From the NCBI GenBank assembly GCA_963745915.1, contig CAVUZA010000001.1:14622-78621 (forward strand): a stretch of DNA of 64,000 bases, given 5' to 3'. The translations under genes and the position numbers were made by a program. The notes under the pieces are model-generated. The model was not told the DNA's origin and did not search any database. It saw only the letters and a list, made by a program, of their open reading frames with translations. Positions 53,431 to 62,410 of the stretch are shown in pieces (position 1 is the stretch's first letter; the number at the start of each line of letters is the position of its first letter). Origin of the DNA: an uncultured Solirubrobacterales bacterium (GTDB taxonomy: Bacteria; Actinomycetota; Thermoleophilia; Solirubrobacterales; 70-9).

Positions 53431-54751
53431 CGCGAAGCCGCCAGATGAAGAAGCCGGTGGTCCCGTCCCGGTCCGGGCGCAGCTGCCGCGACTCGCCGCC
53501 CTCCACCTGCGCCTGGTTCTCGCGGCGGCTGATCGTGCAGGTCGAGTAGACCAGCGTGCCGCCGGGCCGCAGCGCGGCGCGGGCGGCGGCGAGCAGCTCG
53601 GCCTGCAGCGCGGCGAGGCGCTCGATCGCGGCCGGCGACTTGCGCCAGCGGGCGTCGGGGCGCGAGGCCAGGGCGCCGAGGTCCGAGCAGGGCGCGTCGA
53701 GCAGGACGCGGTCGAAGACCGGGCCCATCCCGGCGGCGGCGCCGGCGTCCGCCTCGAGCACGGTGACGCTGCGCAGCCCGAGGCGCTCAGCCTGGGCGGC
53801 GACTTCGGCGGCCCGCTCGGCGTCGCTCTCGACCGAGATCAGCTCGCCACGGTCGCCGGTGCGGGCGGCGATCTGGCCGGTCTTGATCCCCGGCCCGGCG
53901 CAGAGGTCGAGCACCCGCTCCCCCGGGCGGGGGTCGAGGGCCTCGACCGCGGCCGCAGAGCCGCGGCTCTGCGGCGTCAGCTCGCCGGCCGCGACCAGCT
54001 CCGGGACCGCGTCGCCGGTGCGCCCCTCGACCACGATCAGCTCGCCGTCCCCGCCCGAGCCGGTTCCGGTGCGCTTTATGCCGGCATCTCCGGCATAAAG
54101 CGCACCGGAAGGGATTTCGGCGGCGCGGGCGTCGACGCCGGCGGCGCGGAGGCGCTCGAGGACGGACTCGCGGCCGCTGCGCAGGGTGTTGACTCGGTAG
54201 GCGTGCTCGGGCGGCTCGTTGCAGGTGGCGAGCAGCGAGCGGGCGTCGTCGGCGCCCAGCTCCTGCCACCACATCCGGGCCAGCCAGAGCGGCGCGGAGT
54301 GGGCGACGGCGGCGGCCTCGGGGGTCGAGTCGTCGCCGAGCAGGGCCTCGGTCAGCGCCGCGCGCTCGCGGGCGGCACGGCGCAGGACGGCGTTGACGAA
54401 GCCGGCCGCGTGGGCGGCGCCGGCGCCCTTGGCCAGCTCGACCGCCTGGCCGACGGCGGCGTGGTCGGGGGTGGCGTCGGCGAAGAGCAGCTCGTAGAGG
54501 CCGAGCCGCAGGGCGGCGAGCACCGGCGGGTCGAGCCGCTCCGGGGGGCGCTCGGCGAGGCGCCCGATCGCCGCGTCGGCGGTGCCGCGCCGTTGCACGG
54601 CGCCGTAGGCGAGGCGCTGCGCCTGGGCGCGCTCGCGGCCGTCGAGGCCGCGCTCGGCGGCGGCGGCGCGGAAGGCGCGCTCGGTGTGGGCGCCGTCCTC
54701 GAAGCTCGCCCGCAGGACGGCGAAGGCGAGCTCGCGCGCCGGCGAGATCAC
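53411..54751 (-). CDS. rsmB: 16S rRNA (cytosine967-C5)-methyltransferase RsmB
   Basis: The GTG at 54749-54751 overlaps the fmt stop (GTGA). NusB-like N-terminus, LDLCAGPGIKT, LLDAPCSDLG, LVYSTCT. The gene contains the 47-nt element at 54064-54110. Confidence 0.9.
   Translation of the reverse strand: MISPARELAFAVLRASFEDGAHTERAFRAAAAERGLDGRERAQAQRLAYGAVQRRGTADAAIGRLAERPPERLDPPVLAALRLGLYELLFADATPDHAAVGQAVELAKGAGAAHAAGFVNAVLRRAARERAALTEALLGDDSTPEAAAVAHSAPLWLARMWWQELGADDARSLLATCNEPPEHAYRVNTLRSGRESVLERLRAAGVDARAAEIPSGALYAGDAGIKRTGTGSGGDGELIVVEGRTGDAVPELVAAGELTPQSRGSAAAVEALDPRPGERVLDLCAGPGIKTGQIAARTGDRGELISVESDAERAAEVAAQAERLGLRSVTVLEADAGAAAGMGPVFDRVLLDAPCSDLGALASRPDARWRKSPAAIERLAALQAELLAAARAALRPGGTLVYSTCTISRRENQAQVEGGESRQLRPDRDGTTGFFIWRLRDDGRDE
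54064..54110. repeat. Family-2 47-nt palindromic element, embedded in frame in rsmB
   Basis: TTCCGGTGCGCTTTATGCCGG-CATCT-CCGGCATAAAGCGCACCGGAA. The 21-nt arms are perfect. It encodes SGALYAGDAGIKRTGT. Confidence 0.85.
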
Positions 54752-55653
54752 AGCTTCGGGACCGGGTGGCCGCGCAGGTAGGCGTCGGCCGCCATCGGCC
54801 GGCCGCCGGGCGGCTGCACGACCTCGAGCCGCAGCGCGCCCTGGCCGCAGCCGAGCAGCAGCGCCCCCCACTCGGCCCGCATCTCCCCGGCGCGGACGCC
54901 GACGTCGACGGCGCGGGCGCGGCGCACCCCGAGCCGCTCGCCGCCACCGACCTCGAGGTAGGCGCCGACGTGCGGGGTCAGGGCGCGGACCTTGCGGGCC
55001 AGCTCGGCGGCCGGCCGGCCGGGGTCGAGGCGGCGCTCGCCGGCGGCGATCTTCTCGGCGTAGGACGCCTCGCCGTCGTCCTGCTCGCTGAGCTCGAGGC
55101 GGGCCTCGGCGAGCAGGTCGAAGGCGCGCACGAGCAACTCCCCGCCCAGCGTCGCCAGCCGCTCGGAGAGGGTGGCGAAGTCGTCCTCGGCGCCGATCGC
55201 GGCCTCCTCGCAGAGGGCGATGGGGCCGGAGTCGAGGCCCTCGGTCAACTGCATCACGCAGACCCCGGTGCGCTGCTCGCCGGACATGATCGCCCGCTCG
55301 ATCGGCGCCGCGCCGCGCCAGCGCGGCAGCAGCGAAGGGTGGACGTTGAGCAGCGGCCAGGCGGAGAGCAGCGGCTCGCGGATCAGCTGGCCGAAGGCGC
55401 AGACGGCGAGCGCCTCGGGGGCGGCGGCGCGGATCGCCGCCAGCGCCTGCTCGTCGTTGACGTCGGCGGCCTGCAGCAGCTCGATGCCGAGCTCGCGGGC
55501 GGCCTCGGCGGCGGGCGGCGACTGGGTGCGCCGGCCGCGGCCGCGGGGGCGGTCGGGCGGGGTGACGACCAGCAGCGGCCGGTGATCCGAGCCGGCGAGG
55601 ACGCGCAGGACGGTCGCCGCGAACTCCGAGGTGCCTAGGTAGACCGTCCTCAC
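54748..55653 (-). CDS. fmt: Methionyl-tRNA formyltransferase
   Basis: 301 aa. VYLGTSEFA, NVHPSLLPRWRGAAPI. Confidence 0.95.
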   Translation of the reverse strand: MRTVYLGTSEFAATVLRVLAGSDHRPLLVVTPPDRPRGRGRRTQSPPAAEAARELGIELLQAADVNDEQALAAIRAAAPEALAVCAFGQLIREPLLSAWPLLNVHPSLLPRWRGAAPIERAIMSGEQRTGVCVMQLTEGLDSGPIALCEEAAIGAEDDFATLSERLATLGGELLVRAFDLLAEARLELSEQDDGEASYAEKIAAGERRLDPGRPAAELARKVRALTPHVGAYLEVGGGERLGVRRARAVDVGVRAGEMRAEWGALLLGCGQGALRLEVVQPPGGRPMAADAYLRGHPVPKL

Positions 55654-55723
55654 GCGTCGCTCTGGGAGTGCGCCAATCGGCGCGGTGATCTCCGGGGGTT
55701 CGAGTCCGTGTCGATTGGCGTGC

Positions 55724-56362
55724 TCACGCTGTGTGCCTTGGCTCGCGATGCTCTTCGGCGCGCTCCTCCTCGCCGTCCTCGGCCGACGGCGGGCTGTAGC
55801 TCTCGCCGGAGCGCAGGGCGCGCAGGGCCGCCTTGCGCTGGGCGCGCGGGGCGCGGTCGAGGATGAGGACGCCGTCGAGGTGGTCGAGCTCGTGCTGCAG
55901 CACCCGCGCCTCCAGGCCCGAGGCCTCGATCCGCACCGGCTCGCCCTCGACGTCGCGGCCGGCGAAGCGGGCGTGCAGCGCGCGCTCGACGTCCATCGAG
56001 ACGCGCGGCAGGCTGAGGCAGCCCTCCTCGGCGACGACCAGCTCGTCGGAGAGCCACTCGATCTCGGGGTTGACCAGCGCCGTCGGCTCGCTGTCGGGGC
56101 CGGCCTGGAAGACGAGCAGGCGGCGCAGCAGGCCGAGCTGGGTCGCGGCCAGGCCGACGCCCATCCCGTCGCGCATGATCGCGATCATCCGCTCGACCTC
56201 GGCGCGCAGCTCGGGGCCGAAATCGCCGACCGGCGAGGCCTTGCTCTTCAGCACCGGGTCGCCGAACTTGACCACCTCGGCGAGCGCCGCTTCGCGACGC
56301 TCGATCAGCTCCGCTTCCAGCGCCTCGCGCTCGGCGGTCTCGGTCTCTGCTCGATCGGCCAC
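55724..56362 (-). CDS. def: Peptide deformylase
   Basis: GVGLAATQ, EGCLSLP, HELDHLDG. GTG start, with a charged C-terminal tail. Confidence 0.93.
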   Translation of the reverse strand: MADRAETETAEREALEAELIERREAALAEVVKFGDPVLKSKASPVGDFGPELRAEVERMIAIMRDGMGVGLAATQLGLLRRLLVFQAGPDSEPTALVNPEIEWLSDELVVAEEGCLSLPRVSMDVERALHARFAGRDVEGEPVRIEASGLEARVLQHELDHLDGVLILDRAPRAQRKAALRALRSGESYSPPSAEDGEEERAEEHREPRHTA

Positions 56363-56395
56363 GGCTCAATTCTATGGAGCCGCCGCGCGCGGGTC

Positions 56396-56438
56396 GCGTT
56401 CGCCTTTTGTCGGGCAGAGGTCGACAAAAGACGAACGC
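56396..56438. repeat. 43-nt hairpin between the priA stop and the def start
   Basis: GCGTTCGCCTTTTGTCG / 9-nt loop / CGACAAAAGACGAACGC. The 17-nt arms have one mismatch. Confidence 0.75.
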
Positions 56439-56448
56439 GGCGGCGGCG

Positions 56449-58635
56449 CTACTGGGGGTCGACGTCGATCGAGATCGCCACCTGGCGCAGGCCGCGGTCG
56501 GCGGCCAGCGCCTCGACCGCGGCGCGGACGACGGCGATCGTCTCCTCGCGCTCCTCGGCCTTGAGCAGCAGGCGGCGACGGTGGCGGTTGCGGACGCGGA
56601 ACATCGGCGCCGGGCCGAGCAGCTCGGTGCCGCCGGGCAGGGCCGGCACCAGCGCCTGCGCCAGCTCGGCGGCGGCGCCTTCGAGCCGCTGCTCGGACTC
56701 CGACTTGAGCACGATCCGGGTCAGGTGCGAGAACGGCGGGTAGCGCAGGGCGCGGCGGCGCTCGACCTCCTCGGCGAGGAAGGCGTCCGCGTCGTGCCCG
56801 GCGGCGTGGACGATGCTGGGCGCGGCGGGCGCCAGGGTCTGGACGATCACCTCTCCCCCGGCGGCGCCGCGGCCGCTGCGGCCGGCGAGCTGGGCGACGA
56901 GGGCGAAGGTGCGCTCGGCGGCGCGGAAGTCGGGGAAGCGCAGGGTCGCGTCGGCGTCGAGGATCGCGCTCAGCGTCACCTCGGGGAAGTCGTGGCCCTT
57001 GGCGACCATCTGGGTGCCGACCAGGACGGCGCTCTCGGCCTCGCCGAAGGCGGCGAGGATGCGGGCGTGGGCGCCGCGGCCGGCGGCGGTGTCGGCGTCG
57101 AGGCGGAAGACCGGCAGCGGCAGGCGCTCGGCGAGCAGCGCCTCGACCTGCTCGGTGCCGACCCCGGCCCGGGCCAGGGTGGTCGAGTCGCAGTCCGGGC
57201 AGGCGCGCGGCAGCGGCTCGGCGTGGGCGCAGTGGTGGCAGACGAGACGCCCGGCCTCGCGGTGGACGATCAGCGAGACGTCGCAGTTGGGGCAGGACCA
57301 GTGGTGCCCGCAGGAGCGGCAGGTGAGCCAGGGGGCGAAGCCGCGCCGGTTGACCATCACGATCGCCTTGCGGCCCTCGCGGCGGACCCGCTCCAGCGCC
57401 TCCCAGGTGCGCGGGTGCAGTGGGCCCGAGCGCGGGTCGGCCTCGCGCATGTCGAGCACCCCGACCGGGGGCAGCGAGCGGCCGTCGACCCGGCGCGGCA
57501 GCTGCAGCCGCGGCAGCTCCAGCCAGGACTCGGGCCGCGGCGTGGCGGTGCCGGCGAGCAGCACGGCGCCGCTCTCGGCGGCGCGCCGGCGGGCGACGGC
57601 GCGGGCGTCGTAGCAGGGGTCGCCCTCCTGCTTGTAAGAGGGGTCGTGCTCCTCGTCGACGACGATCAGGCCGAGGTCGCGCAGCGGCGCGAAGACGGCC
57701 GAGCGCGGGCCGACGCAGACGCTCGCCTCGCCCTCGCGCAGGCGCCGCCACTCGTCGTAGCGCTCGCCGTCGGAGAGCGCCGAGTGGAGGACGGCGAAGC
57801 GGTCGCCGAGGCGGGCGCGGAAGCGGGCCACCGCCTGCGGCGCGAGACCGATCTCGGGGACGAGGACGATCGCGCTGCGGCCGCGGGCCAGGGCCGCCTC
57901 GACCGCTGCAAGGTAGACCTCGGTCTTGCCCGAGCCGGTGACCCCGTGCAGGAGCAGCTCGCGCGCGGCGCCGGCCTCGCCGTCGAGGGCGGCGACGGCG
58001 GCGCGCACCGCCTCCTCCTGCTCGGCGAGCAGCCGCGGGCGGCCGGCGGCGGCGCCGACCTCGGGGTGGGCCGAGCGGCGGCTGACCCGCGAGCTGCGGG
58101 TGGCGAGCAGGCCGCGCTGCTCGAGCCGGCGCAGCACGGCGCGGTCGGCGCCGACCGCGGCCGCCAGCTCGGGCGCCGACATCTCCCCCGCCCGCAGCGC
58201 CTCCAGCGCCGCCCGCTGGCGCACGCCGAGCCGCTCGCCGCCGCTCAGCGCCGCCTCGCCGGCGGCGGTGATCTCGGCCCGCAGCTCGCGCTTGGCCCGC
58301 ACCCGCTGCCCGGCGGCGCCGGTCCCCGGCGGCAGCACCAACTGCAGGCCGCGGGCCGGGGTCGAGCAGTACTCGCGCGCGACCCAGAGCCCGAGCCGCA
58401 CCAGCTCGGCCGGGGTGCCAGCCTCGAGCGCCTCGAGCGGCTCGGCGAGGCGCTCGGGCGGCAGCTCGGAGGCCTCGGCCAGCTCGACCACGACGCCGAG
58501 CAGGCGCTGGCGGCCGAAGGGGACGCGGAGCACGCGGCCGACGCCGACGTCGGCCATCGCCGCGGGCAGGCGGTAGTCGAACGGCCCGCGCAGGGCACGG
58601 GCTGTGGTCAGCGGCTCGACCCGGGCGATCGGCAT
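56449..58635 (-). CDS. priA: Primosomal protein N' (replication restart helicase PriA)
   Basis: 728 aa. LLHGVTGSGKTEVY, VVDEEHD, Zn-binding CRSCGHHWSCPNC...CHHC...CPDC. Confidence 0.95.
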   Translation of the reverse strand: MPIARVEPLTTARALRGPFDYRLPAAMADVGVGRVLRVPFGRQRLLGVVVELAEASELPPERLAEPLEALEAGTPAELVRLGLWVAREYCSTPARGLQLVLPPGTGAAGQRVRAKRELRAEITAAGEAALSGGERLGVRQRAALEALRAGEMSAPELAAAVGADRAVLRRLEQRGLLATRSSRVSRRSAHPEVGAAAGRPRLLAEQEEAVRAAVAALDGEAGAARELLLHGVTGSGKTEVYLAAVEAALARGRSAIVLVPEIGLAPQAVARFRARLGDRFAVLHSALSDGERYDEWRRLREGEASVCVGPRSAVFAPLRDLGLIVVDEEHDPSYKQEGDPCYDARAVARRRAAESGAVLLAGTATPRPESWLELPRLQLPRRVDGRSLPPVGVLDMREADPRSGPLHPRTWEALERVRREGRKAIVMVNRRGFAPWLTCRSCGHHWSCPNCDVSLIVHREAGRLVCHHCAHAEPLPRACPDCDSTTLARAGVGTEQVEALLAERLPLPVFRLDADTAAGRGAHARILAAFGEAESAVLVGTQMVAKGHDFPEVTLSAILDADATLRFPDFRAAERTFALVAQLAGRSGRGAAGGEVIVQTLAPAAPSIVHAAGHDADAFLAEEVERRRALRYPPFSHLTRIVLKSESEQRLEGAAAELAQALVPALPGGTELLGPAPMFRVRNRHRRRLLLKAEEREETIAVVRAAVEALAADRGLRQVAISIDVDPQ

Positions 58636-58684
58636 GCGGCCAAGCTATGGAGGGACGCGGACGGCGCGGGTATGCTCAGCGGCG

Positions 58685-59182
58685 ATGGCGCTCAACCTCA
58701 GCCCGGGCGAGCGGGTGATCTTCCAGGGCCACCCCTCGTGGCGGGCGATCATCGGCTTCTACCTGAAGGGGATCCTGGTCGCGGCGCTGGCCGGGGTCGT
58801 CTTCAAGCTCTTCGGCGCCGGCGCCGGCACGGTCTTCCTCGTCGTCCTCGCGATCGTCGCCGTCACCGTCCTCGCCGGCTTCGTCAAGCGGGTGGCGACG
58901 ACCTACACGATCACCGACCGCCGGCTCAACATCCGCCGCGGGATCGTCTCGCGCGAGGTGCAGGAGACCCGCCTCGAGCGGGTCCAGAACGTCAACTACA
59001 AGCAGTCGATCTACCAGCGCCTGGTCGGGGTCGGCGACGTCGACTTCGACACCGCCGCCGGCGACGACTACAACTTCATCTTCGCCGGGGTCGCCGACCC
59101 GGGCGAAGTCGTCCACCGGGTCGACCAGGCGACCGGCGTCAACACCGCCGGCGAGCACGGCCTGGGCGAGGCCCAGGTCTGA
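58685..59182 (+). CDS. Bacterial PH-domain (YdbS/YdbT-like) membrane protein
   Basis: ATG at 58685. GERVIFQGHPSW, two TM helices, then TYTITDRRLNIRRGIVSRE... Confidence 0.8.
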   Translation: MALNLSPGERVIFQGHPSWRAIIGFYLKGILVAALAGVVFKLFGAGAGTVFLVVLAIVAVTVLAGFVKRVATTYTITDRRLNIRRGIVSREVQETRLERVQNVNYKQSIYQRLVGVGDVDFDTAAGDDYNFIFAGVADPGEVVHRVDQATGVNTAGEHGLGEAQV

Positions 59183-59262
59183 GCGATTCGGTCCGTATCG
59201 AAACCGGGCGGGCCGCTTCAGTTCCTTCGCAGCATCTGAGGAACGAGAAGTCGGCCTTCCAG

Positions 59263-59335
59263 TGGAGCTGGGGGGACTCGAACCCCCGACCTACGCGCTG
59301 CCAGCGCGTCGCTCTTCCAGCTGAGCTACAGCCCC
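59263..59335 (-). tRNA. tRNA-Ala (anticodon GGC), CCA not encoded
   Basis: GGGGCTGTAGCTCAGCTGGAAGAGCGACGCGCTGGCAGCGCGTAGGTCGGGGGTTCGAGTCCCCCCAGCTCCA. Cloverleaf folded by hand. G3:U70 Ala identity pair, 7-nt anticodon loop CTGGCAG, TTCGAGT T-loop. Confidence 0.93.
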
Positions 59336-59389
59336 GGGTCGGTGCAAGTGTAATGGCGCGCGGGCGCTGCGGGCCGGGCGGCGTGGCGG

Positions 59390-60010
59390 TCAGTGGAAGG
59401 GCAGGGTGCCGAGGCGGCCGAGGCCGCCGAGGAAGAGCAGGGTGCCGAAGCCGAGGGCGCCGATCGCGACCCGTTCGCTGCTGAACTTGGTCGCCAGGCC
59501 GGCGAAGAAGAGGACGGCGGCGAAGAAGATCGTGCCGAGGATGTATTCGTCGGAGGTCTGGTTGGCTTCGCGGCCGGCTTCGAAGCGGCGGTTGGCCTTG
59601 TCGGAGAGGTCGTCGGCTTCTTCGAGCTTGGCGATCTTGTACTCGGGCAGCTGGAAGGGGAGCTTGACCGCCTTCGGGTTGGTCAGCGGGTGCTGCTTCA
59701 GCCAGGCCCGGTAGGCGACCTTGAATTCCTTGCGGAAGAAGCGTTCGCGCAGGATCTTCATCAGGCGCTCGTTGTCCTGGGAGAAGGCGACCGCGTACTG
59801 GGTGAAGATGTCGGCGTCGATCGCGACCAGGGTGAAGCCGTCGGACTCGGCCTTGGCCGACTCGGTGCGCGCCGCGCCGGCTTCGGTGAAGCTGGTCGAC
59901 TGCACCCCGCCCCAGCGGGTCGCCTCGTAGGCGCTGTAGGCGGTCGCCACCGTGGCCGCCGCCAGCAGCAGGGTCGACCAGAGCTCGATCCGCTCGCGCA
60001 CGCGGGGCAT
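59390..60010 (-). CDS. Hypothetical membrane protein (206 aa)
   Basis: N-terminal TM (LWSTLLLAAATVATAY) and two C-terminal TMs. Directly downstream of the GT2 synthase on the same strand. Confidence 0.6.
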   Translation of the reverse strand: MPRVRERIELWSTLLLAAATVATAYSAYEATRWGGVQSTSFTEAGAARTESAKAESDGFTLVAIDADIFTQYAVAFSQDNERLMKILRERFFRKEFKVAYRAWLKQHPLTNPKAVKLPFQLPEYKIAKLEEADDLSDKANRRFEAGREANQTSDEYILGTIFFAAVLFFAGLATKFSSERVAIGALGFGTLLFLGGLGRLGTLPFH

Positions 60011-60134
60011 TCTTGCGCAGCCCGCGGCTGCGGGTCGGCCCCCTTACGGCGCGCTCTGGCCCGGCTCGGGGCCGGCCTCGATCGCTGGCGCCGAGACCGG
60101 CAGCGCCAGGTCGATGCGGTCGGCGGCCGAGGGG

Positions 60135-62345
60135 TCAGGCGGCGGCAGCTCGCGGGAGACGCGGCGGCGCTCGGCGAAGCCGAGGTAGAGGACCAGCTGC
60201 CAGTCGTGCGAGCTGGTCGGTGGAGGGGTCGGCGGGCGCCGGCGCGGTCCGCGCCGGGACCGGCTTCGGCGACTGCGGCTTGTAGAGCCAGGAGACGACG
60301 TTGGCCCAGACGTCGACGGCCGAGTCGCGCAGGCCGATGAAGGCGACGATCGCGTAGGCGCCGAGCACCCCGTTGACGGCGGCGAAGACGGCGTTGGACC
60401 AGAGCCCGTCCTCCCAGGCGAGCTTGAAGGTGTAGGCGGAGAAGGCGACCAGCAGGTAGGGCAGGACGACGTAGACGAGTGCCGGGATCGTCCGGTTGCG
60501 GACCTTCGGCGTGCGCTTGAACTTGCCCTTGGCGCCGGTCAGCGCCTGCACGATCGAGCTGCCGCTGCCGGCCAGGTTGACGGGCAGCAGCAGCAGGTTG
60601 AAGCCGTAGATCCGCGCCGCGTCGAGGCCGCGGTAGCCGCAGTAGCGCAGGTCGACCGCCATCGCCAGGAAGTAGGGCAGGGCGATCGCGTAGGTCAGCG
60701 GCGAGATCAGGTGGCCGTTGAAGGGGATCACCATCAGGCAGAGGACGAACAGCGAGCTCCAGAAGATCGAGGCCATGTAGTTGAGGCGCAGCAGCAGCTC
60801 GCCGACTTTGGTGCGCTCCTCGCGCTGCCGCCGGCGGCGCACGGCGCGGACCAGCTTGGGCACGATCAGCAGGCCGCCGTTGGCCCAGCGGTGGCGCTGG
60901 ATGCAGAGCGAGCCGAAGTCCGGCGGGGTGGCGCTGTAGGCGAGCCGCTCGGGGTAGTTGTGCAGGCTCCAGCCGTGGGCGGCGAGGTCGATCGTCGACT
61001 CGGTGTCCTCGATCACGGTGCGGTCGGAGATGTAGCGGCGGACCTCGAACTGGCCCTCGTACTCGACCTCCTCGATGTCTTCCAGCGCGCTCTTGCGCAG
61101 GATCGCGTTGGCCCCCACCCAGAAGGAGGCGGCGTGGTAGGTCATCCCCTGGTGGATGATGTGCTGCAGGTCGGTGGTCGCGCCGGCGATCCGCTCGAGG
61201 CTCGTCGCCGCGCCGGGGAAGGCGCTGTAGGGCGACTGGGCGACGGCGACGCGGCTGTGCTCCTCGCGCTCGAGCAGGTGGACCAGGCGCAGGCAGTACT
61301 CGGGCAGGATGACGCTGTCGGCGTCGATCGTCAGCACGTAGTCGCACTCGGGCACCGCCAGGTCGGGCTCGGCCTCGCCGGCCGGGATCAGGTTGAGCCC
61401 GGAGGGCGTCTGGACCTCGGCGTAGCTGCCGCCCATCAGGCCGATGTAGCTGTTCAGGTTCATCGCCTTGTTGGGCTCGGCCGAGAGCGAGGCGTAGCGC
61501 TTGCGCTGGAAGCTGGAGATCTCGGCGCGGAAGGTCCAGGCGAGGCGGCGGTAGAGCTGCGCCAGGCGCGCGGTCGAGAGCTTGCCGGGGTCGTCGGCGG
61601 CGGCCGCCCGCAGCGCCCGCCCGGTCAGCGCCAGGTCGTTGGCGAGCTGGCCCAGCACGTGGTCGGCGAAGAAGCGCTCGTTGTGGTCGGTGACCTGGTA
61701 CTGGCCGGCGAGGCCGCGCAGCCACTCGGCGGCGAACTCGTACTCGCCGGCCAGCGCCGTCGCCTGCTCGGCGCCGACGGCGGCCTGCGGGTCGACCTCC
61801 GCCTCGAAGCGGCGCAGCGCCTGCTCGAAGCGGCGGCTGGGCTCGGAGAGCAGGCGCTCGACCTCGGCCGGCAGGGCGGCGGCGCTGTCGAGCAGCCGGC
61901 GCGGCTCGCTGTAGCGCGGGCTCGGCGGGTCGTCGATCAGCAGCACGACGCGCAGGTCGGGGTACTCCTGCAGCGCGGTCGAGAGCAGCGTCATCAGGAT
62001 CACGTTCGGCTCCTCCTGGTAGGAGGGGACGAGGGCCGTCATCCGCGGCCGGCGCTCGGCGAAGAACTCGTCGATCGTGGCGCGCGGCACGCGGCGGTGG
62101 CGGCGGGCGCGGTAGTAGAAGCCGAGGCGGCCGAAGAGGTAGGCGGTCGCCGAGGCGGCGAGCAGGCTGACCGCGACCAGGAAGCCGGCCGTCTCGAGCA
62201 GGCTGGCGTCGCCGGCGACGCCTTCGACCACCTGGCCGTTGACGACGGTGACGACGAGCGCCGCCCAGGCGGCGACGGTGAAGACGACCGCGCCGCGGCC
62301 GAAGCCCATCGCCCAGTCGCCGGCCACCCGCGGCACGGCTGGCAT
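60135..62345 (-). CDS. Processive family-2 beta-glycosyltransferase (BcsA/CslA/NodC-type synthase), 736 aa
   Basis: ATG at 62343-62345. LLIDDPP, NKAMNLN (KAGNLN-like), TIDADSV (DxD), VIEDTESTIDLAAHGW (TED), QRHRWANG (QxxRW), N- and C-terminal TM bundles. The 5' 460 codons of track ORF 60135..63728 are an off-frame artefact over the GH18 gene. Confidence 0.85.
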   Translation of the reverse strand: MPAVPRVAGDWAMGFGRGAVVFTVAAWAALVVTVVNGQVVEGVAGDASLLETAGFLVAVSLLAASATAYLFGRLGFYYRARRHRRVPRATIDEFFAERRPRMTALVPSYQEEPNVILMTLLSTALQEYPDLRVVLLIDDPPSPRYSEPRRLLDSAAALPAEVERLLSEPSRRFEQALRRFEAEVDPQAAVGAEQATALAGEYEFAAEWLRGLAGQYQVTDHNERFFADHVLGQLANDLALTGRALRAAAADDPGKLSTARLAQLYRRLAWTFRAEISSFQRKRYASLSAEPNKAMNLNSYIGLMGGSYAEVQTPSGLNLIPAGEAEPDLAVPECDYVLTIDADSVILPEYCLRLVHLLEREEHSRVAVAQSPYSAFPGAATSLERIAGATTDLQHIIHQGMTYHAASFWVGANAILRKSALEDIEEVEYEGQFEVRRYISDRTVIEDTESTIDLAAHGWSLHNYPERLAYSATPPDFGSLCIQRHRWANGGLLIVPKLVRAVRRRRQREERTKVGELLLRLNYMASIFWSSLFVLCLMVIPFNGHLISPLTYAIALPYFLAMAVDLRYCGYRGLDAARIYGFNLLLLPVNLAGSGSSIVQALTGAKGKFKRTPKVRNRTIPALVYVVLPYLLVAFSAYTFKLAWEDGLWSNAVFAAVNGVLGAYAIVAFIGLRDSAVDVWANVVSWLYKPQSPKPVPARTAPAPADPSTDQLARLAAGPLPRLRRAPPRLPRAAAA

Positions 62346-62410
62346 CGGGTTCTGGTGGGAGCCCGCGCTGCGGCGGCGGCGGATCGCGGCGCCCAGCCTG
62401 CCGGCGACGG

